From positions 40,734,001-40,798,000 of the forward strand of contig OZ024740.1 of NCBI GenBank assembly GCA_964016885.1: 64,000 bases of DNA, given 5' to 3'. The stretch comes from Eledone cirrhosa (Eukaryota). Below, piece after piece: positions 27,694 through 40,800 of the stretch; the first letter of the stretch is position 1, and each line of letters starts with the position of its first letter. The notes under the pieces are model-generated. The model made no database searches, was not told the DNA's origin, and saw nothing but the letters and a program-made list of their open reading frames with translations. The position numbers and the translations under genes are program-made.

Positions 27694-30600
27694 CTGAAGC
27701 AAAAACAGAATTCAAAATAATTCAAATAAACACAATTTATATGAAGAAAATAGATTGCATCTTTAGTTTTTAGAATAATATTTTAAGCGTGTTTTAACAA
27801 AAAAACCAACCGACAGAGAAGCCGAGGGGTAGACCCCGAGCAAGATTGTTGGATAGCATTCATGAGCTAGGCCTGTTTCGCCTTGGGATACAGCCAGATC
27901 AATTGGGGAGGGTTGCTTCTGATTGGACCTGCTGGAAGGCGTGCTTGAGGACTCTAGATTAAAACTAGCTAAAAAGTTCACTTACAAGTTAACTTAGTAT
28001 TAGTTAGTTATTCTTTCACTTTGACTCAATTCTGTATAATCACTGAGAAAATTATTAATGGTAACAAAGTAAAATATTTTACTTACATCTTCAGAATTAT
28101 CTTTTGGTAATAAACTTTCTATAGTTTGTTGTTGAAGCTATAAGTAAGAAGTGAAACAAGAAGTATTATAAATAACAAAGTAACATTAAAAAAGGGACTC
28201 ATTTTATGGGAGGGGGGATATCTACATTTAAAAAAAAAAAACGAGAAATATTCTAACAAATGATAAATGAGATTTGTTAGAAATTATTAAAAAAAAGACA
28301 AGAAAAGAAAAATGAAAGACATATTACTAAGTGACTATGTTAATGCTATCACAAAATTTAGGTTTCCATTTTAGAGCTAAAATGTATTGACTTGACACAA
28401 AGAACAAATATATCAAACATTTCAGATGGTGAGAGCTGATTTCAAATGCTGAAGCTCACAGAGGAGATGAAGAAATGCGATGAGTGGAGAGATGCTGTGC
28501 TGAAAAAGGCCCATCAAACCCATGTAAGCATGAAACAGCAGACATAACATGAGTATGTATATGCTAAAAAACTTGTCCTCCTCATTATCAAGCATCTCAC
28601 ACAAAATCTTTTAAACTATGTTACCAACAGGTAAATATATCTTCTTACTGATTCTTTAGACTTACCAAAAGGTGAGACAATCTTTCTGGTGCCAGTAAAA
28701 GAGCAAATGGAGACAATACTGAGTAGAAAGGACTTTTAATCTTGCTGGGGACAAGACAGCTCCTCTAGTGCCGATGCTATAAAATACACCCAGTACACTC
28801 TGTAAAATGGTTAGTATTAGGAAAAGCATTTAACTGTGGAAACCATGTCAGAAATGGAACACACGAGAAAGACATGGTCCCTGAACCATTTAGGAAAGCA
28901 ATAATTCTGAATAAGAACTGTCTTGAACTATGATAACATATTCAATTGGCGCCAGCAAGGAAAAACATGTAAAATGATGATGTTGATGATGTGGTATGTA
29001 TCATGAAATGAACTGAAACTGATTAACACCTACATTAACTGTTACTTGATAATTTCCTGGTAAAGCCAAACATCGAATTATCACCTCCATTGTTATGTGT
29101 GTATTAGTTTCATCCACTTGACAATTGCAAACCAAGCAAAAGAGACAGCTACAAATAGAACAACAAATTAGTTGAAATGCATTTAATTTACACTTAAATC
29201 CCAGAACAAACCAAATACATTTTTAGTTATTATATTGTATTATTTTTGGTTGCTGTTGATTAACTTCACCCCTTTAATAACAACCCATAGATAATGACTA
29301 TATTCAATTAAAAGACTTTACAGAGCAAAGCTAAATAATGTATTAGATATTTATAGAATAAAGATATCTTAAAGTAACAGACTTTATATAAATCATACAC
29401 ATATGTAATTAAAAAAGAGACTGTTATTTGAATAACACACACAGACACATATCCATATGTAGTTGATGGCTGAGAGAAAAGAATATTCAATACCAAAGTA
29501 GAGTTTAAATATTCATTTTATTAATGCTAAATTGGCTTTGTCTGACAACCCTGTGCGAAACATGAAACTCACTATTTAGCCTTAATAAAATGAATATATA
29601 TATAGGAAAAGAGTAGGACCCCGATGGCTGAGCTCCAGCTGTTTCGACAGCTAGATCCGATCTAACCCAGTAGTATAGTGCATTATGGTCCACCTGGTTT
29701 CTTATCACACTTTCTTTGTTATATATCATCATCATCATCATCATCATCATCAACGTTTAACGTCCGTGTTCCACGCTTGCATGGGTTTGGACGGGGGTAG
29801 TCCCACTTGAGGCAAGAGTGATTGTCTTGCTCGCATAGGACTGTCTGGCAGGTTTTCTACAGTTGGATGCCCTTCCTAACACCAACCACATTTACAGTGT
29901 GGGTCTGGGAGGTTTTTACCGTGTTGCCTACACGGCCACATTACAGCGTGGACTGTGTGTTTTTTTTGTTGTGACACCTACACGATCTCATTTGTTTCGG
30001 CCTCGATGGCGCGGCACCAACATAACTTTACATAGAACGGGGTGGTGTGGATGGGGTGGGGGTGGTGGTGGTGGGACGGGGTGTATTTTGTTAGAGATGC
30101 CTACTGGCTGGAGTAGGTTTTACTATATATTTAGGTAAGGCGGGTCTTCTCTGTTACTGAGTACCGCCAAAGGTCTCGGTCCAGTGACATTGTCTTGGAG
30201 AGGTGTAAGTGTGTGATGTCGGAGTTTATCAGCTCGTCCCAGGTTTTTCTAGGTCTGCCTATTCCGTGACTACCGTCTATCTTTATTGCCCTGCACTTTG
30301 TTATACAGCTATCGACTTTCATGCGCATCACGTGTCCATACCAATGTAGCCTTCTCTCGAGTAAACAACATCTGATCCCTCATATCTCTAATTTTTTCCT
30401 TAGTTCGTTTATGCTTTGCCGTTCACGTATATTACTGTTACACATCCAGCGGAGCATGCAAGCTTCGTTCCTCTCTAGTCTGCGTATATCCTCTGCACAC
30501 AATGCCCAGGTCTCACTGCCATGCAGCATTGCTGTTCGTATGCAGGCATCGTACAACCTGCCTTTCATTTTTAGTGAGAACCCTTTAGCAGCTAATAGTG

Positions 30601-31965
30601 GTATAAGCTCTCTGAACTTTTTCCAACCAGTTCTGACTCTAGCTACAGTACTTTCAGAGCACCCTCCCCCACTGCTGATTTTATCGCCCAGGTAACGGAA
30701 GCTGTCCACTATTTCTATAGAACCTTCTGCGCAATTGAAAGAGCTAGTAGTTTGTGGGCACTTGCTGCTACTTATTGCACCAGAGCACCGGCCACATGTA
30801 AAATCTATGTTCTTAGTTAGCTTACCTGTGATCCCACTACATCTTTTATGCACCCATACTTTGCATTTAGGACATAAAATGGAGTTTCTACCTACGCCTT
30901 TCCTACACACTGAGCACGACCATTTCCCAGAAGGGACCGCCGCCTTGTTTTCTTTCCTACAAACTAGTACTTTGGTCTTAGCCAGGTTAATTTTAAGTCC
31001 TTTTGACTCTAGGCCGTGCTTCCATGTTTGGAATTTCTTCTCTAGCTCGGCCATTGATTCCGCTATGAGTGTCAGGTCGTCTGCGTATAGGAGTTCCCAT
31101 GGGCAGCCTGTCTTGAACTCCTCTGTTATAGCCTGAAGGGCAATAATAAATAGTAGTGGGCTGAGAACAGAGCCCTGATGGACGCCAACTTTTACGCTAA
31201 ACTCTTCACTATATTCGTTGTTAATTCTAACCTTGCTGACTGTTTCTTTATACATGGCTTGTATAGCCCTCACAAGCCATTCGTCAACGCCTAGTTTTCT
31301 AAGAGCCCACCAGATAATGGAGCGGGGGACTCTGTCGAAGGCTTTCTCCAAGTCGACAAAAGCTAAGTAGAGGGGCTTACCTTTAGCTAGGTACTTCTCC
31401 TGTAGTTGTCGTACTATGAAAAGAGCGTCTGTGGTACTTTTGCCTGACACAAACCCGAACTGCATTTCATCTAGGTCAATTCTCTCTCTGATTAGTTGCG
31501 CTATTACTTTTTCCGTGACCTTCATGACCTGGTCGATTAATTTAATGCTTCTATAGTTACTCCTATCGAGGGCGTCTCCTTTACCCTTATAACAGTTAAC
31601 GATGATGCTGCTATGCCAGTCCTTCGGAACAACTCCATTCTGTACGACTTGGTTAACTATGCGGGTGACCATGGTGTGTCCCACCGTGCCAGATGCCTTC
31701 AGCATCTCAGCAACTATTTCCGAAGGCCCAGCCGCCTTACCCGTCTTCATATCCTTGATTGCCTTACTTATTATACTCCCCTCGACTAACACTGCTGGTC
31801 CCTCTATTGGGTCGATATGGGGGAGACTGTCTTTCTCCCATTTATTCTCCTCATTTAGTAGCCTTTCATAGTGACACTTCCAAGCTACCTTCTTATCAGC
31901 GTCGGTGATGGCAAGTGTGCCATCGTCGTTTAGTACACACTTCTCCCCGACAATATCACGGTTTT

Positions 31966-32039
<74 letters not shown>

Positions 32040-35000
32040 TTGTAGAGACCGCATTAATCGTTGGTGGTGTAATGGTCTACGTTCAGTCAAATTTTTCATC
32101 AATTCCTTGTGTTGATTTGAACCAATCGCAGCAGGAAGTATTTTCTGCGATATACGTATGACCGTGTCAACACTGCTACTTGGAGTTGTTTACTGTCCCC
32201 CAAATTACCATCGGGACACTCAATCACCCTGAGATTGACTGGGAAACCTTTCGTTGGCCGCCAAGTGCAAATGACTTCCTTGAGCTAGTGCTGGACTCGA
32301 ACTGGTATCACGTAGTCACCTCCCCAACAAGAGTTGACAACACTTTGGACCTACTCTTCACCACTACTCCTGAAACGGTTATTAGTGTTACTACTGAGGA
32401 ACCTTTAGGTGACTCTGATCATGCTATGATCATTGCCAATTTATCCCTCATGGGCAGTAACAAAAACCACAACCATCTCCAAACTGCTCACTTTGACTGG
32501 AATAAAGCAGACTGGAACTGTTACTGCACCGAATTGCAACGTCCTAACTGACTTGAGTTCTATGACTCCAGAACATCCTGAGCACAATATGGACAGCATG
32601 TGCAGCAATGGTGCCATGTAAGCAGAAAAAACATCCCAAAAGAGCAATTTGGGAGACTGCAGCAGTCCGTCGTAATGCTGAATGTGAGTACAAACTGCAT
32701 AAATCAGATATCAATAGGAAGAAGCGAAATAAATCATCCAACCATCTCAAACAGGTGACAAAAAAGGCAGTGCTTCAATTTGAGCAGCGCATAGCAACCA
32801 GCCCTGACAGTAAGTTGTTCTGGAAGTATGTTCACTCAAAGCAGAGGCCTCACTCTCCAGTTGGTCCTCTTTGCAATCCCCACACAAGCCAGGTTACACC
32901 TGCAATGCTGCGACATCACCTTAAAAATAAACGCAACCATGCCTCTCCTGGTCTTGATGGTGTTACGTACCTGCTTCTCAAATGTGGAGGGTACTTCCTT
33001 CTGCACCAGCTATCATGCTTCTTCCAATTCTGTCTGAACGGTGCTACTCCAGAACAGTGGAAAACTGCCAGTGTCATTCCTCTGTTCAAAAAGGGTGACC
33101 ACACATCACCTGTGATCTATCGTCGAGTCAGTCTTACTAGCTGCATTGCCAAAATGATGGAATCCTGTGTCAGAGAACGCTTTGGAACTTCTGGAACTCT
33201 CACAGTCTTATCCGCCCCTCACAATTTGGATTTATCCCTAACTCCAGCTGCTGTGATCAACTTATCGAGTATCTTGAAGACATCACCCGGATCACTGATG
33301 GCGGCTCATGGGTGGATGTTGTTTACCTTGACTTTGCTAAAGCTTTCAATTCTGTGCCCCACAAAAGACTTATAGCAAAACTCTCTGCAATGGGTGTGAA
33401 GGATGATCTGTTTAACTGGTTGAAGTCCTTCATTCTCAGTCGAAGAGAGGTAGTCATGGTTCTAGGACAGCATTCCTCACCATACGAGATGTCATCTGGT
33501 GTACCACAGGGATCTGTTCTTGGCCCCCTTTTGTTTGTGGCATATATTAATGACATAGATGCCAACTTAAAGAATGCCACAGTACTAAAGTACGCAGATG
33601 ACATCAAGCTGTACTTTGAGATAAAAAGAACAGATCCTGAACACTATAGATCTTGCCTGCAATCTGACCTGGACACAATGCAACAATGGATCTCAGACTG
33701 GCAACTCAAGCTAGCTGTGGACAAGTGTACCACCATGCATTTTGGGAGTAAAAACCCGGCGTCCACATACTCCCTCCACAGCACTAATATCAAGAAGTCT
33801 TCTTGTGAACGTGACCTGGGCATTACGGTCAGCAGCGATTTGCGTTGGACGAAGCATGTCTCTAAAATTATCAAGAAGGCCGAGGGTGTCTTAGCATCAC
33901 TAAGCAAGACCTTTGTCAGCCGCTCTCCAGCTATCTATTTAAAGCTGTATATAGCTATGGTGCGGCCACACTTAAAATTTGCATCACCAGTCTGGAACCC
34001 CTATCTTGCTCAGAACATTGACCTCCTGGAAACTGTTCAGAGACTGCAACCAAGCAAATACCCTCCATCAGGCATCTACCATACTTTGAACGCCTTGCTT
34101 CCCTGGGCATGGATACATTGAAGCTCCGACGTCTGGCAACTGACTTGGTAAACACCCACAAAATTATTAACCATCTTGCCATCAATAACCCTGAGTACCT
34201 TTTTGATTTCCATGTGTCTAACACACGTGGGCATGCCCACAAAGTCAGAAAACAGCACAGCTCCCATAACTTTCGGAAACATTTTTTCACGCTCAGAGTT
34301 GCTGAAGCATGGAACAAACTCCCTGCATCAGTTATTAGCTGTCGAGATACTGCATCCTTTAAAACCTCCATGCTTCCTGAGATTCGCCAACACTACACCT
34401 AATGTTCCCCCTCCATACATACGCACACATGTATATCATGACTCATACACTATTCACTTCCCTGACATTTGAATATTATTCTATGTACTATACATGCACC
34501 TTTGACGAGTTGTAGTGCACCTGAGCACTGTACACAATAATTTCATTATTATTATCATTATTATAATATATATATATATATATATAATATATATTGAATT
34601 TATATTCTAAACATGGGCTTTTTTGAAACTATAATACAATAGATATCATACCATTTTCCCCCTTCTTACTTTTTGTACACCTCTTCATCCTTCTTTGACT
34701 AAAAAAAAAAAATTGTTGATTTTATATGTGATCGATAGTGTGCAATGTGATATTGTAACACTAAACCCTCTTTCAACAGACTATTATTTAGTGTGCATGT
34801 GATGTGTTTAAATTTTTTGTGCATGGATAGGTGACAGAGAGGATATGATCATGGAGGGTCTAGCTGGACAAGAGATGAGCCTTCTGATGCAAACAATGTC
34901 TAAAGACTTCCCTCTTGGAGTTTAGATGTGTCTGGTGAGTATAAACCCTGCAAGATCCTAAATTTCTTACTGAGGCAAAGCAAGCATCTCTTCATTCCAT

Positions 35001-37821
35001 GTTTGTATGGCATGGACTTTTCGAGCGATTTCCAAATATCATGCAGTACTCCTTTTTCTTTTAGTTGCCAGACCCTTTTTGCCAACACTGCAGTGGTTTT
35101 CATGTCAGGATGCCTAAATGAGGAGAGGTGCAAGTAGAACCTTTGCTTAAATCCGCCTTGGACCATACCTACATATTTTTCAAAAGTTTCTGACTGGTTG
35201 GTGTTTGGGTATTTGATCTCTGCCTCATATATTATGGACCTTACATTACAGTTTTGTTGTAATGGACAGTCATCTTTCTTCCTGCAAGAGCATCCTGGAT
35301 TCTCATCTGGTTTGCTTGGATCTCATGGATGGTGTGCAAGAATAGAATATTCTCAACGAACGTCTATTGAATATTTTACTGTACCTATGTTGTGGGGTGA
35401 AGTACTTATAAATACAGTCTAAGAATTTCCTACTTACATTAGTCATTACATTTAGTGAAAAAGGAGGTGCGAACCAGATTATTTTTATTTCTCTCTTTCT
35501 CTCTATATATATGTGTGAAACAAAACCCTAGAGGGAATCATGAGAAAAAGTGGTGAGATGAGATTAGATGTTAGGGTGTTAAGTCTAACAGAAGGGACTA
35601 TGAAATAATGAGACAAATGGTAATATAGTCTATGGTAATTGCATTGAATACATATTACCTTAGGAAAGTAAACATTAAAATATTAATTATTACATACTGA
35701 TTGGACCTCACACATATAATAACTTCAGATTTTAATAAGTAAAAAGAAAAAAGTCAATTACCTTTCATCATTATTTTTCTTGATAGTCAATTCTTCTTTA
35801 TCACATTTTGGACAGGTCTGCCAAATAACTGCTTTATCTTGATCCACACTGTATACCACCCCTATTGTTATAACAACAACATATTTCACATTACATCTGT
35901 GGCTATTACAATACTATATTTCACATTACAACTGTTATAACACCATATTTCACATCACATTTCTTGTTATAACAACATTTCACATTACAACTGCTGTTAT
36001 AAAAACACCATATTTCACATTACATCTGTTGTTATAACAACATTTAACATTACATCTGATGTTATAACACCATATTTCACATTACATCTGTTGTTATAAC
36101 ACCATATTTTACATTACATCTGTTGTTATAACAATACCATATTTCACATTACATCTGTTGTTATAACAACACCATATTTCACATAACAGCTGTCGTTATA
36201 ATAACACCATATTTCACATTACATCTATACAGTTATAACCAACCTTATTTCACATTACAGCTACACAACTTACAAGAACAAGAACACAACACATACATAT
36301 ATACACAATACACACACATATCATCATCATCACCACCATCACTGTTTAATGTCCATTTTTCCATGCTAGCATGGGTTAAACGAGTTGTCCCATTCTGAGA
36401 CAAGTCAGATCAGATGACCATGCCTTGCTCACATAGAACTGTTTCTGGTTTAGTTTCTATGACTGGATGCCCTTCCTAATGCCAACCACATTTACAGTGT
36501 GGACTGGGTGCTTTTAATTGTGTCACCAAAACAACCGTCTGACAGGTTGGACTGGATGATTTTTGTTATGTTACCAACACAACTACTTTATAGGGTGGAC
36601 TGGGCACTTTCTGTCATATCATGGACACGACCACCTTACAGAGAGGACTGGGTGCTTCTGTTGTGTCAGCAACATGACTACCTTACAGGTGGTACTGGAT
36701 GCTCTTTCACCAACATGAGCACCTCACATATACCTATCACACTAGTAGAAAATCTTAAAGCATTCTATATCTAAACTCAACAAACACTATTTTGTGTTTT
36801 GAAAAAGAGAAGGAATCATACATAAATGTGTACACACAGACACACACATATCATCCACACACTATTGTTGTATTTATATTTCCAAGGGTCAGACGAGATT
36901 TTTTGAGGCCATATTCTAAGACTGAATACTCTTTTTGATGCTAACTCATACTTTATTTTCAAGTATGGTACTTATTTCACTGATCTTTGTTAAATTGTTA
37001 AACTGTAGGACCAACAAAGTGTCACTGTGAAGACATACAAGGAGACATACATTTACACAGATAGAATATCTAGAGGAATCTTCAGTTTGAGTAATCATGT
37101 GACAACATCTTTAATGCTGGTGCCACAATAAAATGCACCCAGTCTACCCTATAAAATGGTAGTTTGTTGCCCCCTACCCCAAAATCTACCCAGTCCACTC
37201 TGTAAAGTGGCAGTGCTGGAGCTACAAAAAAATACACCCAGTTGGTGTTAGGCAGGGCATTTAGCTGTAGAAACCATGCCAAAATGGAACGCACCAGTAA
37301 GATGCGGTCATTTGACTGGCCTAGCCTCAGAACATGACAACCTATCTAACCCATGGCAGTGTGGAAAGTGGACATCAAAACAATGTTGATGATGACACAA
37401 AAATATTAAGGCAAATGCCTATTTCTCTATCTTTTCTTTTTCACTGAAAGTCTTTTTTAACCATGTCATCAATGTTTTGGTTTTAAGCACTAAACAGTGA
37501 CCATTTGATAGGTTAAATTTTCCATGCTTTCCCTTCCATGACTGTTGAAAAATATTAAAGGTCATGTACAATGTAAAAACAAATATTTATAAATACGCAA
37601 TAGAATAGAATAAAAGAAAAATTACCATGAACTTTTACCAAACTGTAAACATTAGAATCAACCTTTAGACTTGGAAATGACAAGTTAATATTTTGACATT
37701 CCTCAGTGATATCATTTTGAACATTTGAACTGAATTGTTGACTGACATAATCAGGAAGAGGCCAAGTCCATATTCGAGTAAATTTGTCTGCTACAGTGGT
37801 GCATTCTGAAAATATATGGAA

Positions 37822-37857
<36 letters not shown>

Positions 37858-40800
37858 GTTTAACGCCCATGTTCCACGCTTGCATGGGTTTGGACAGGAG
37901 TTTTCCCACTTGAGGCAAGAGTGGTTGTCTTGCTCGCATAGGACTGTCTGGCGGGTTTTCTACAGTTGGATGCCCTTCCTAACACCAACCACATTTACAG
38001 TGTGGGACTGGGAGGTTTACCGTGTTGCCTACACGGCCACATTACAGCGTGGACTGTGTGTTTTTTTGTCGTGACACCTACACGATCTCATTTGTTTCGG
38101 CCTGGATGTTGTGGCACCAACGTAACTTTACATTGAAAGGGGTGGTGTGGATGGGGTGGGGGTGGTGTGACGGGGCGTATTTTGTTAGAGATGCCTACTG
38201 ACTGTAGTAGGTTTACTTTGTATTTAGGCAAGGCGGGTCTTCTCTATTACTGAGTACCGCCAAAGATCTCGGTCCAGTGACATTGTCTTGGAGAGGTGTA
38301 AGTATGTGCGGTCGGAATTTATCAGGTCGTCCCAGATTTTTCTGGGTCTGCCTACTCCGTGGCTACCGTCTATCTTTATTGCCCTGCACTTTTTTATACA
38401 GCTGTCGTCTTTCATGTACATCACGTGACCATACCAACGTAGCCTTCTCTCGAGTAAACAACATCTGATCCCTCTTATTTCTAATTTTTCCCTTATAATT
38501 AATACTTAGGAGAGTTCATTCTGAAAATATAGTCTTAACATACAATATGTCATTATAATTTAATAATCAGGAGGAGTCCATTCTAAAAATATAGTCTTTA
38601 TATCAATAGATCATTATAATTTAATAATCAGGAAGAGTCCATTCTAAAAATATAATCTTTATATCAATAGATCATTATAATTTAATAATTAGGAAGAGTC
38701 CATTATAAAAATATAATCTTTAGATTGGAGAGTCAGTAGACATTAGAGAGTTGCCTTACAATATTCCTCGCATGCCACAACTGACTTTCTACGTTGTCTG
38801 TTCTTTCAAGCCAAAAGTGCCCAAGAGTGTAATTTGAAAGGAAACAATGACCAAGATGTTAAATGAGAAAGGAGAATAGAAATGGTAGCTATATGCTAGT
38901 TGTTGGTCATATGACTGACCATGGGTTTGTACTTGAAACGTTCCTCTCCAAGTCACAAGTCTGGACATAGTATTTTGTGGAATACCAGTAGTAATCTATG
39001 CATGTAAGTCTTCCCCTCCATGCCACTGTGGTTGTTCAAGGCAAAGATTAATATAACTTGACATCAATATTATCTTAACTTATTTTCTCCAGCTGAGTGG
39101 ACTGAAGCAATGTGGAATGAAGTGCTTTATTCAAGAACACAAAGTGCTGCCTGGTCCAGGAATTGAACTCACCACCCTTCAATTGTGAACCCAACACCCT
39201 AATCACTAAACCATACAACTTCACAGTTGGTCATATTACACAAAAATTATAAAAGAAAAAGGAATTTTCTTCCCTTCCATTTCAGTAAAACATCTATATA
39301 AATAGTTCCACAAACTACTGTTTATGGTAGATAATAACCAGATATAAGTGCCCCACCTTAGACCTACTTCTCCAACCTCTACCTTATATACACACATTAC
39401 TCCCACCCCAGTTCACACTGTAAAGTGGTTGTTTTGGTGCCATGACAAAAAAATGCAGTCCACACTGTAAAGTGGTCATTTTTGTGCCATGATAAAAAGA
39501 ACCCTGTCCACACTGCAAATATGGTTGGTGTTAGGAAGGGCATCCAGCCATAAAAACCAAACCAAAAACAGTTCTGTACAAGCAAGACACAGTTATCTGA
39601 TCTGGCTTGTCTCACAATGAGACAACTTGTCTAATCCATGCTAGCAGGGAAAATAGATGTTAAAGATTGATGATGATGAAGTCCAACAGATCTCACATAT
39701 CGTTTGGGATTCATCAAGATTCCAAAATTTGAATTATGATTTTGGAATCAGGCAAAATTCTCAAGAAAATAAATGATTTATATGAAATCTTTCACTGTTG
39801 CATGCAAAGTATCTTGATTTGATTTAAAGAAATAAACAAAATAAATCAATATTTAAATAATATTCCTTTGAAACTTACTTTGTTGAATGAGAACATCCTT
39901 GATAAGCAGCAGAGCAGATAAACCAGACAACTGACTGGGTAATACAAAAGACTTTCGACAATGAATAGATATATAGTTGGAACCTGGCAACTCATCACAT
40001 ATACTTGAATCAGTCATATATAGTATTCCATTGTTATCAACAGAACTATCCTGGTCAACCATACACTGTAAAATACACATACATATTTTGATTTGATCGG
40101 GATTATATATTGAATCATACATGAAATGTTCATGTAAATAAACATTTTTGTAGTCTTGCTATGAATTTTAAAAACAGAGATTATGCCACCTCTATTCTTA
40201 GCAACAAGGGTGCTAATCACCTCTAAAACATTGACATAACACCATAGGATTGACATATAATATATCTACAACATTGATAGCATGCACATACAGAAGACAT
40301 GGTGGCATATTCATTCTTGGAAACAACCAGAAGTCAAAAGCAGGCATATTTGAAGTGTAGGAAGCCTAATGAATGAATAAAATAACTTTTTTGGCCAAGA
40401 AAGCTTGAATTAGCTGAGACAAATAAGATGGAGCATTGTCATGATGCAGCTGCCAGTTTTGTGAGGCCCCCAGATCCAGTGTCTTGCACTGAACTGCATC
40501 TTGAAGACATTGGAGGACTTCTTGAAACTGTTTATCTTTCTGGTGTGTATTTGTTATGACTGAGCTTTGGTTTCTGGATTGTACCCATACACCCACATCT
40601 CATCTTCTGCTATCACAGTATTCAGAAACTCAGGATCCTTGTTGGTAGTATCAGGCAAAATGAAAATGTGACAAGGAAGTAATACTGCACCACACACACT
40701 GAGAGCTTGACTGTGACTAACATATCCAGTGAGCTTGCCAAAACCCATGTATCAATGTATGTGGTTCCACTCTGCACACTTTTGTCTCCCTAATATCATT

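Noticed and set aside
28666-28718. AG...GTAAGT-bounded 53-bp segment as an extra SPIDR exon
   Set aside because: Its length breaks the frame between two phase-0 junctions that already align to SPIDR.
29590-29720. GC-richer segment with TCGAAACAGC (minus strand) and a TAGATCCGATCTA hairpin, as a Penelope-type hammerhead ribozyme
   Set aside because: The CTGANGA core is absent; at most an unclassified repeat end.
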